A stretch of 32,000 nucleotides of DNA from positions 5,550,001 to 5,582,000 of the forward strand of contig NZ_CP064923.1 of NCBI RefSeq assembly GCF_018336915.1, written 5' to 3'. The number at the start of each line of letters is the position of its first letter. Position 1 is the stretch's first letter. The DNA comes from Acaryochloris marina S15. GTDB taxonomy: Bacteria > Cyanobacteriota > Cyanobacteriia > Thermosynechococcales > Thermosynechococcaceae. This document shows positions 20,335 to 27,928 of the stretch, one piece after another. The position numbers and the translations under genes were made by a program. The notes below the pieces were generated by a model. It saw nothing but the letters and a program-made list of their open reading frames with translations. It did no database searches and was not told the DNA's origin.

Positions 20335-20503
20335 ACGCCTTATCCATCGGATCTAGCGAAAGAACGCAGAACAACGCGTTTCTATCACCAGCCATCTGAA
20401 TTCATCGCCCCCACAGATAGGCATCCCAGACGATAGCCTATGGGTGTTTTCTGCCTTTACTATGGGCAGATGGTTTTGTTTATCTCTCTTTAGGGTTGTG
20501 TCT

Positions 20504-21484
20504 ATGCGCCAGTTTGTTGCTTTTTCAAAGGTTTTATTGCTTCCCCTTTGTTTGGGAATAGGGCAGGTAGCGGTCTATGCCCAATCCTTACCCTCCGTCA
20601 CTCCTCCTCCTCAAGCCACAGATCCCTTTTTCCTGACCCGGGCAAAGAACCTAGCCAGACAAGCAGCCGAACGACAAAATGGGGGTCTCAGACTTTATCG
20701 TGCAGAAGCTGCCATGTATGGGCCTGCCATAGATGCGCCCAGTCAACAGAATTCCGACGGCAGCGTCACCTTTACCTTCAAAGGCGGAGCACCTGGCTTC
20801 GTCACGCCCACAGTAGAGACTATCGCGACCGTTACCCCCCAAGGATTAGTCAGTCTCCAATACAACGGTCCTTTACGCTCTGTTGCCCTTGCCAAGGTCA
20901 AGCCCACCCCCTCTCAAACTCAAGAGCCAACACAACCCCTTAATCAATCGACCAACTCCTTAGAAAAGCCTGTTTTAATCCCTAGCTCCCAACCCTTACT
21001 GCCTAATTCATCTCCACCCTTACCCGCTCAGCCAAAGGCACCAAGCACTCGCCCTCCCAGCTCTGGCCTACCCACTCTACAGCCAGCACCCGTCATCCCC
21101 CCCAGGCAAACATTGCCACCTATCGCGACACAGCCAACACCTGCTATTACCCCCCAGAGCACTCCCAGCCGCCCAGTTCAGACCTCACCAGCATCTATCC
21201 AAAACACATCTATCCAAAACGCTGATTTCTTTCTCTCTCGCGCCAAAAACTTGGCTAGGCAAGCCGCTATCAACGCTAACGGGGGTTTAGCCCAGTATCG
21301 ACCTGAAACTTCAATGTTTGGTCCTGCTGCTGGCACCCCACATCAAAAAAATCAAGATGGCAGTATCACCTTTAGATTCCAAGGAGGAGTCCCTGGCTAT
21401 CGCAATCCCACTGTAGAATCTGTGGTCACAGTGACCCAAAATAGCACTGTCACTGTTACGTATAATGGCCCCATTCGACCATAG
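20504..21484 (+). CDS. Secreted hypothetical protein with two copies of the same ~87-aa domain separated by a Pro/Ser/Gln-rich linker
   Basis: The ATG at 20504 gives the signal peptide MRQFVAFSKVLLLPLCLGIGQVAVYAQ. Domain copies lie at 20621-20881 and 21224-21481. The linker at 20882-21220 is ~30% proline. Confidence 0.7.
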   Translation: MRQFVAFSKVLLLPLCLGIGQVAVYAQSLPSVTPPPQATDPFFLTRAKNLARQAAERQNGGLRLYRAEAAMYGPAIDAPSQQNSDGSVTFTFKGGAPGFVTPTVETIATVTPQGLVSLQYNGPLRSVALAKVKPTPSQTQEPTQPLNQSTNSLEKPVLIPSSQPLLPNSSPPLPAQPKAPSTRPPSSGLPTLQPAPVIPPRQTLPPIATQPTPAITPQSTPSRPVQTSPASIQNTSIQNADFFLSRAKNLARQAAINANGGLAQYRPETSMFGPAAGTPHQKNQDGSITFRFQGGVPGYRNPTVESVVTVTQNSTVTVTYNGPIRP

Positions 21485-21609
21485 GCGCTGCCATTCTGAC
21501 AAACCTAGGGCAAGCAGCTGCACAAACATCAGCAACGGGGTAAGTTCTCCTAGTAAATGGGTAAACTAGGACATATCAGACAAAAAATTTATTGTTAAGG
21601 ATAAGTAGC

Positions 21610-22056
21610 ATGGGTTTGAGCTTCAAGCACTGGAGTGGGGGTATAGCACTAGCCACCTTGATTCTGACAGGGAATGGCGTTGCACTAGCTCAAGAAGTTG
21701 ATCCTCTCGATCGGCCATTACGTCAACCCACCATATCTGAAACGCTGGATCGGCAGTCCAACCTCGATAGTTACTGGGAAGATGAGTCCCTCGGAGGGGA
21801 TGCTAAGTTTCTTTTCAGTGTGGGTACACCAGAAGGAGCCATTCGAAGCGCTGCTGAGCGTGTTGAAGTGATCTACAAAGATTTACTACAGCAGCAAGAT
21901 GATGATTTCCCCACCGTTCGCACCCGCGATTTAGCCAATCCTTACGCAACATCATTGCTAGAACTGCAAAGCCTATCAGGCATTGGGAACTCTGAACCCG
22001 AGTCTACTCCCCAATATATTCCTGCTGTAGCCCCTGCTGTTCCTGCGCTTTGGTAG
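21610..22056 (+). CDS. Secreted hypothetical protein
   Basis: The ATG at 21610 gives MGLSFKHWSGGIALATLILTGNGVALAQ, which is signal-peptide-like. The mature part is acidic. No family was recognised. Confidence 0.55.
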   Translation: MGLSFKHWSGGIALATLILTGNGVALAQEVDPLDRPLRQPTISETLDRQSNLDSYWEDESLGGDAKFLFSVGTPEGAIRSAAERVEVIYKDLLQQQDDDFPTVRTRDLANPYATSLLELQSLSGIGNSEPESTPQYIPAVAPAVPALW

Positions 22057-22089
22057 AAAGTAAAGCCAAACTAATTCTCAAAATCCAGA

Positions 22090-22138
22090 ATAGCTAAAGC
22101 GCCCAACTTGCATCTCACAAGTTGGGCGCTTTAGCTAT
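22090..22138. other. Perfect 21-bp stem / 7-nt loop hairpin between a convergent CDS and the tRNA
   Basis: ATAGCTAAAGCGCCCAACTTG (22090-22110), loop CATCTCA, then CAAGTTGGGCGCTTTAGCTAT (22118-22138). It sits 33 nt after the 21610-22056 stop and 9 nt beyond the tRNA 3' end. No canonical U-tract follows on either strand. Confidence 0.7.
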
Positions 22139-22147
22139 TGAAATCAA

Positions 22148-22220
22148 TCCAGGGTGCAGGAGTTGAACCTGCCTAGGGCGAATTATGAGTTCGCTGCCTC
22201 AACCGCTCGGCCAACCCTGG
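22148..22220 (-). tRNA. tRNA with anticodon CAU (elongator Met, or Ile2 if lysidine-modified), 73 nt, no encoded CCA
   Basis: Hand-folded from the reverse complement: acceptor CCAGGGT/ACCCTGG (7 bp), D-arm GCCG-AGCGGTTG-AGGC, anticodon arm GCGAA-CTCATAA-TTCGC, 5-nt variable loop CCTAG, T-arm GCAGG-TTCAACT-CCTGC, discriminator A. It is not initiator-like: it has a 1-72 pair and no GGG/CCC in the anticodon stem. Confidence 0.85.
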
Positions 22221-22233
22221 CTAAATAGCAGTT

Positions 22234-22262
22234 CTTATATCGTTTGGGATATGACTGTGCAA
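22234..22262 (-). promoter_or_regulatory. Candidate sigma-70-type promoter for the tRNA
   Basis: On the minus strand TTGCAC (22262-22257), a 17-nt spacer, then TATAAG (22239-22234). The -10 element ends 13 nt upstream of the mature tRNA 5' end. Confidence 0.45.
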
Positions 22263-22447
22263 TGCAGTTGAACAGTTTATCTACTTTCAACCACAGAATC
22301 CAGTGAAAATACCAGAATGACTATAGCACTATCCCCTAAGTTATATTATTACTGAATCTGGAAGTCATTTTTATATGCACGTCCTGGTATTGCGCTCAGA
22401 TAAAGCGTCTAAAGACATAGCTCTACTTTTTAACTTGATTCAAACGT

Positions 22448-23179
22448 GTGATCTTGGCAAAAGCGAATAAGGCCTCAACCAACAAACCCCGAAATCGATT
22501 CAAGATTGATCCATCTATCAAACGCACAGTATTACTCCTACTGTTTATGTTGATAGTCGGATCCATCTGTGGTGCCGTAGGTTATGTGTTCGCCCGTCAA
22601 TCTTTAAAAGGCATTACACAACCTGCCACAAACCCATTTCTGAAGGAGTCTGACGATTTAGATCGTCGCCCACGCCAAGGGGCCGATTTTCTTAACGAGA
22701 AAGACCTAATTGCCAAAGTTAAGTCTCAGACTAACGGTGCCAATATCGCCAAAGAGAAACAAAAAACAGCACCCAAACCGAAGAAACCCAAATCTTCTGA
22801 CACCAAAAAGGATCAAAAATCACAGCCGAAGTCTCTCCCGATCAAAGTCAACAATCAGGGAATGAACTTTGAGGTCAAGTCTTTAGCCCGTGAGGATGAT
22901 ACGCTCATCCTTAACGTTGCCTTACAGAACAGTAGCGATGACACAATTCAGTTTGTCTATACTTTTTTAGATATTACTGACGATCAAGGGCAAGCCTTGT
23001 TCTCAGAAATTCGAGGGTTACCAACTGAGTTTAAACCTAAAGGAGAAATCTTCTTTGGCACAATCAAAATCTTGGATGTTCCGCCGGAAACCGTTGAAAA
23101 AGTCTCGATTTCCTTAAACGACTATCCTGACCAGAACGTCAAACTAGACATTCAAAATATCCCAGTCGCTGATGAGTAA
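22448..23179 (+). CDS. Membrane-anchored hypothetical protein with a Lys-rich linker and a C-terminal beta-rich domain (DUF4352-like?)
   Basis: Single TM helix (VLLLLFMLIVGSICGAVGYVF), a linker KEKQKTAPKPKKPKSSDTKKDQKSQPK, then a ~110-aa domain. GTG start per the track; the start is uncertain. Confidence 0.55.
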   Translation: MILAKANKASTNKPRNRFKIDPSIKRTVLLLLFMLIVGSICGAVGYVFARQSLKGITQPATNPFLKESDDLDRRPRQGADFLNEKDLIAKVKSQTNGANIAKEKQKTAPKPKKPKSSDTKKDQKSQPKSLPIKVNNQGMNFEVKSLAREDDTLILNVALQNSSDDTIQFVYTFLDITDDQGQALFSEIRGLPTEFKPKGEIFFGTIKILDVPPETVEKVSISLNDYPDQNVKLDIQNIPVADE

Positions 23180-23227
23180 GCGCCGATGGCACATGTCTCA
23201 TAGGGGGCTGGCAAAATCGCGGCTGGT

Positions 23228-24691
23228 ATGACTCCACTCCCACTGCTTTTCTACTGGGCACAGCTCAGTACTCCCCGATTTTCTGATCAATTTCCAGTAC
23301 TGAGTGTGCCTGAAATTGGATCGCGGTTGTTAGCCATTGCAGCCTTGATTATCATCAATGGTTTTTTTGTCACAGCTGAGTTTTCGATCGTTGCTGTTCG
23401 TCGCTCCCGCATCAATCAGTTAGTCCAAGAGGGAGATACTCAAGCCAAGTTAGTTCAGCAACTCCAGCAGGATATTGCTCGGTTGCTTTCAACGACTCAA
23501 ATTGGGATTACCTTGTCTAGCTTAGCCTTAGGCTGGATAGGCGAACATACTGTCGCCGTGCTGATTATCTCGTGGTTACGACAGAGTGCTCTCTCCAACT
23601 CAACTCAAGTATTTATCGCCCATACCCTAGCCATTCCCACAGCCTTTTTGGTCATTGCTTATCTGCAAATTGTGCTAGGGGAGTTATGCCCAAAAGCCCT
23701 CGCCTTACTCTATTCAGAAGAACTCGCTCGATTTTTAGGTCCGACTAGCCTAACGATTGCAAGGCTGTTTAACCCATTAATCTGGATTCTCAACCAATCC
23801 ACTCGGTGCTTGCTCGGCATGGCTGGCATTGAATACTCAGATCGAGATTGGTATCACCAAGTCACCCCAGAAGAGCTGCAGTTAATGATTGCAACCTCCA
23901 CGGAATCCACCGGATTAGAAGCTGACGAAAGAGAGTTACTCACCAATGTCTTCGAGTTTGCAGATGTCTTGGTGGAAGAAGTGATGATTCCTCGCACCCG
24001 TATTGACGCGTTGGAAGAATCTGTGACCTTTCAAATGCTGCTAGAAGAGGTAGCCCGGTCTGGCCATAACTATTATCCAGTTATCGGAGAGTCTTTGGAC
24101 GATATTCGCGGTATTGTTCGCTTCAAAGAGCTAGCCGTTGCTTTTGCTAAAGGAGACCTCCAAAATGACACCTCAATCAAGGCATGGGTACAAACAGCTT
24201 GGTTCGTTCCTGAAGGCACCTTGATCAATGAGGTGCTGCAGCTCATGCAGAAATATCACCTAGATATTGTCATGGTGAGGGAAGAAGAGGTCAATGGTAC
24301 CGCGGGTTTGGTCACCTTGAATGATCTCGTTCATGAAATCATCGGTGGCGATGATGCAGCTGGCCATGATTCCACTCCTCCCATTCAAGAGTTAGATAAT
24401 CATACGTTCATCGTCCAGGCTCAAACAGACTTAGATGAAGTAAATGAGAATTTAGGGCTAGAGTTGCCTATTGTTGATGATTATCAAACCTTGGGCGGGT
24501 TTTTACTGTTTCAGCTGCAAAAGCTACCTCTCCCAGGAGAAGTTCACCACTTGTATAACCTAGAGTTCACGATCATCTCTACAGATGGTCCTCGTCTTGA
24601 CCAAATCCAAATCCATAAATTAGAACTCGGAATCCGCTCAGATCTACCGACCCATTTGGGCACAACGACTGATAGTACTCCCAACAATTAG
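23228..24691 (+). CDS. CNNM/DUF21-CBS-CorC_HlyC family protein (hemolysin-family / putative Mg2+/Co2+ efflux)
   Basis: N-terminal four-helix DUF21 region, a tandem CBS region (VMIPRTRIDAL ... YPVIGESLDDIRGIV ... DIVMVREEEVNGTAGLVTLNDLV) and a CorC_HlyC-type C-terminus. Confidence 0.85.
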   Translation: MTPLPLLFYWAQLSTPRFSDQFPVLSVPEIGSRLLAIAALIIINGFFVTAEFSIVAVRRSRINQLVQEGDTQAKLVQQLQQDIARLLSTTQIGITLSSLALGWIGEHTVAVLIISWLRQSALSNSTQVFIAHTLAIPTAFLVIAYLQIVLGELCPKALALLYSEELARFLGPTSLTIARLFNPLIWILNQSTRCLLGMAGIEYSDRDWYHQVTPEELQLMIATSTESTGLEADERELLTNVFEFADVLVEEVMIPRTRIDALEESVTFQMLLEEVARSGHNYYPVIGESLDDIRGIVRFKELAVAFAKGDLQNDTSIKAWVQTAWFVPEGTLINEVLQLMQKYHLDIVMVREEEVNGTAGLVTLNDLVHEIIGGDDAAGHDSTPPIQELDNHTFIVQAQTDLDEVNENLGLELPIVDDYQTLGGFLLFQLQKLPLPGEVHHLYNLEFTIISTDGPRLDQIQIHKLELGIRSDLPTHLGTTTDSTPNN

Positions 24692-24828
24692 GGGGACATC
24701 CTAGCCTATTGGCCCATAAAAATGGTCGAGAAAAAGTTCTCGATAACGACTTGTAAATACAGCGCTATCGAGGAAATGAAGGTGGCTTAAAGCCTTATGG
24801 CAATATCAATTAGAGCCAGTCGCTCTAA

Positions 24829-25128
24829 CTAAGCTGTACCAGTAAAAACTACTTCAGGAAAGCGCGCTTTTGCCTCAGTGAGTGGGCGTCGACGTCCTTC
24901 TTCTTGCCAGTAGTTAATGACTTCTGTGGCTTTGTTAAGGATAGAGATTCGCTCAACTTCATCAATCCAGGTTTTTTTCTCTAATTCAGTTTTGAGATTT
25001 TCCCAGGCATCGTTTCGAGGCCAAAAGAAGTAAGAAGTTAGGGGACTACTCCCGTTGCCAACCACTTGATCCACTGCTAAGGCAACGTTTTCATCAAGCC
25101 AGAGCACTTTAAGAATAAACTTTGACAA
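24829..25128 (-). CDS. ycf65: Ycf65 / plastid-specific 30S ribosomal protein 3 (PSRP-3) homologue
   Basis: [45 protein letters not shown]... matches the conserved Ycf65 sequence. I place the start at TTG 25128, which has a GGAGG Shine-Dalgarno 5 nt upstream (complement of 25134-25138). This gives the usual 99 aa rather than the 114-aa track ORF. Confidence 0.85.
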   Translation of the reverse strand: MSKFILKVLWLDENVALAVDQVVGNGSSPLTSYFFWPRNDAWENLKTELEKKTWIDEVERISILNKATEVINYWQEEGRRRPLTEAKARFPEVVFTGTA

Positions 25129-25250
25129 TCTGCCTCCTAAAACTGAAAAAAAATTATCACTACAGCCCTCCATTATAGTTGATAACTCTTTATCTCCATC
25201 AAAAGCTTTGAGATTTCCTTTGTTCAGTCCCCCAGAGATATTGGAGACTT

Positions 25251-25847
25251 TTAGATTCCACCCGCTGGCATACCGCCATGACTCCGCGGATCGTCTTGAT
25301 TCCCCCTGACTGCAGGTTGGAATATAGATGTTTGACCCATTGCTTTCGACGTTGGCAAAGTATCCTCAGCAACTAGCGCAGCTAAATTATCTGCCAAAAT
25401 CTGTCGAGGCTGTTGTCCCACTGAGCTCGCTAAGGCTTCACCGCTACCATCCAGATACACAAAATGGGGAATGCCATCAACGTCAAATTTGAGCACTTCA
25501 GGCAGCCACTTGCTGTTGTCAACGTTCAACATCACAAAATTAACTTGATCAGAAAATTCTTGCTTGAGGCTGTGCATATCATCAGCCATGGCCTGACAAC
25601 TCGTACACCAATTCGCATAGAACTCCATCAAGGTGGGTTTTTGATTCGTTAATGCGATTTCTATGGGGGTTGAATCAGCTGCTAGAGCTGATAAGGAAGG
25701 TTGTTCAGTTTGCTGGCGAGAACCGAAAAAGAGAGCGATACTGAGTGCGATCGCAACCATAGCAACCAAAAAATTTCTTAATCGTTGACTGGTCGTTGCT
25801 GTATCAGCCTCAGGATTGGACGGCATATCTGATGGATCTAAAGTCAT
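25251..25847 (-). CDS. txlA: Thioredoxin-like membrane-anchored protein (TxlA-type thiol:disulfide interchange)
   Basis: WCTSC redox motif in [15 protein letters not shown], one N-terminal TM helix ([16 protein letters not shown]) and a thioredoxin fold. The start is ambiguous (ATG at 25847, 25874 or 25880), and the far-upstream track start at 25958 is unlikely. Confidence 0.75.
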   Translation of the reverse strand: MTLDPSDMPSNPEADTATTSQRLRNFLVAMVAIALSIALFFGSRQQTEQPSLSALAADSTPIEIALTNQKPTLMEFYANWCTSCQAMADDMHSLKQEFSDQVNFVMLNVDNSKWLPEVLKFDVDGIPHFVYLDGSGEALASSVGQQPRQILADNLAALVAEDTLPTSKAMGQTSIFQPAVRGNQDDPRSHGGMPAGGI

Positions 25848-26216
25848 GAGGTATCCAAGGTTGTGACTAATCATTCCCATTCTCAGTTTAGTCATCCACT
25901 GGCTGAGTACACACATCTTTACCAAATAAAATCGAACCTTTGGCACTTTTGTCTTCATTTCCCTCGGTATCAGAGATTGAGACGGATCTCATACATTTTT
26001 CCGTACCCTAGCCAGTGATTTACCTCACAACTATCTATCTTCTAATCTTGTAATCTGCTAGATAATTTCCACAACAGCACTCACTCAATTCGATGTGGAA
26101 TCAATAGCGACCAGACAATGGTCAGTCAGAAGATCTCAGCATTTTCTCTCAAGCTAATTAATCAGCGTTTAGCAACTCTCAGAAAACATTTATAAGGGGA
26201 TTTAGGTGGGGGGCCT

Positions 26217-26879
26217 ATGAAACTTAAAAATCAGCAGATGCTACCGCTCGACGAGCAACTCCGTCAACTGGTCATAGAAGCCCGCCAATATCCCTCAGGC
26301 CATTTGAAACGAAAGCAATGTTTGACGCAGATTGTGCGACTGATTGAACAATCTCGTAAGCTCTGGCATGAACATACTCCTTACTATGAAGATGCCCTGC
26401 AGCAAACCTGGGTTTATTTTTGCCAAAATATTTGTGAAGCCGGTACTGGCGAACAATATGATCCCGACCGTAGTAGTGTCGTTACCTGGTTAAACCGATA
26501 TCTGAAATGGCGCTTACAAGACTTTCGCATTAACAAACAAAAGCACCTCGCAAGATATACCTCTAAAGCTCCTAGCGCCATCAACAAAAACCAAGACGTC
26601 ACGGATAATCTCGCTGCTCCTCCAGATACTCCCCCAATTTTGGAAACAACCCGTCATTGGGTGGAAACCGACCCCTCAGGTGAGTTAAGAAACGTTCATA
26701 TTCAAAACCGACCGGATGTCACCTGCCAAGTTTTACTATTAAGGCGTCTGCCACCGGAGCAAGGATGGGAAAAGGTTTCTGAAGAATTTGGCTTACCCAT
26801 TTCTACCCTGAGTAGTTTTTACCAACGACAATGTATGACCCGCTTGCGTAATTTTGGTCTGTCACAAGGATATCTATAA
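26217..26879 (+). CDS. Sigma-70-family-like protein (divergent region 2 + region 4 HTH)
   Basis: The region-2-like segment is YEDALQQTWVYFCQNI...SSVVTWLNRYLKWRLQDF. The region-4-like HTH is WEKVSEEFGLPISTLSSFYQRQCMTRLRNF. It is the first gene of a four-gene co-oriented cluster. Confidence 0.7.
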   Translation: MKLKNQQMLPLDEQLRQLVIEARQYPSGHLKRKQCLTQIVRLIEQSRKLWHEHTPYYEDALQQTWVYFCQNICEAGTGEQYDPDRSSVVTWLNRYLKWRLQDFRINKQKHLARYTSKAPSAINKNQDVTDNLAAPPDTPPILETTRHWVETDPSGELRNVHIQNRPDVTCQVLLLRRLPPEQGWEKVSEEFGLPISTLSSFYQRQCMTRLRNFGLSQGYL

Positions 26880-26902
26880 TAGAAGTTCCTGATTTTGACT
26901 CC

Positions 26903-27874
26903 ATGCTTCCCTTGATGAGCGATTCTTTAGCCTTACCCATTACCCTAACCGCGAGGCAAATAGCCCAAGGCTTTGGGCAACAGCAATCCACACCTGAGAA
27001 ATGCCAGCAAGTCTATCTCAACACCCTAGCGGTCCTTGCTGTTAAAGAGTATCTGGCATTGATGGAAATCCCCTGCAATCTGGAAGCTAGCGATAGCTGG
27101 AATCCAGTAGTGCGACTCTGTGCAGACGTTGCCGATCTCCTCATTCCGGGTATGGGCAGTTTAGAATGTCGCCCAATTTTACCTGGCACGCCTACCTGTC
27201 TCTTGCCCCCTGAAGTCTGGTCGGATCGCGTCGGTTATTTAGTTGTCGTCATTGATGATCAACAGCGGAGGGCTCGCATCCTAGGATTTACGCCCACTGC
27301 TCAAGCCGGTCAAATCGCCATAGAGCACTTACAACCCCTCGAATCCCTATTGGCTCATATTAGTGAATTCATGTTGGTAGACACCAAACCACCAACATTC
27401 GTTCAAACTGATCTGGGTCAATGGCTACAAGGTATCTTTAATCAAAGTTGGCAAGTAGTTGAAGACCTATTACAACCCTCAACCCGAGAGCCAGCATTTC
27501 ACTTTAGAAGTGCAGCCACAACGTCAACCGTTGAGCTAGATGACGATGCCGTTCAAATTAAGCGGGCCAAATTAGTCAAATTCAAAAATGATGCAGAAGA
27601 AATTCCCCTCGTCTTGATCATGAATCTTCTGCAAACTGAAACATATAGCCAGCGGATGCTCTGTGTTCAGCTCCGACCCGCAGGTCAATGCACATCATTA
27701 CCCGCTAATTTAGTGCTTAGGGTGCTGGACAACCAGCACAATACATTTTTAGAAGCCCAATCACGACAAGCGGACAACTACTTACAGCTTGAGTTCAGCG
27801 GATTACCAGGAGAACAGTTCCATCTCGATCTAGAGCAAGGCAACCACATCCTAACTGAAACATTTATTATTTAG
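26903..27874 (+). CDS. DUF1822 family protein (cyanobacteria-restricted, function unknown)
   Basis: The N-terminal LPITLTARQIAQGFGQQQSTPEKCQQVYLNTLAVLAVKEYLALMEIP is the characteristic DUF1822 opening. It starts 23 nt after the sigma-like gene. Confidence 0.75.
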   Translation: MLPLMSDSLALPITLTARQIAQGFGQQQSTPEKCQQVYLNTLAVLAVKEYLALMEIPCNLEASDSWNPVVRLCADVADLLIPGMGSLECRPILPGTPTCLLPPEVWSDRVGYLVVVIDDQQRRARILGFTPTAQAGQIAIEHLQPLESLLAHISEFMLVDTKPPTFVQTDLGQWLQGIFNQSWQVVEDLLQPSTREPAFHFRSAATTSTVELDDDAVQIKRAKLVKFKNDAEEIPLVLIMNLLQTETYSQRMLCVQLRPAGQCTSLPANLVLRVLDNQHNTFLEAQSRQADNYLQLEFSGLPGEQFHLDLEQGNHILTETFII

Positions 27875-27928
27875 AAATTTTTGCCCTGGCTGCATAGAAA
27901 GGAGATGCCTCTATAAAGAGAACAAGCC

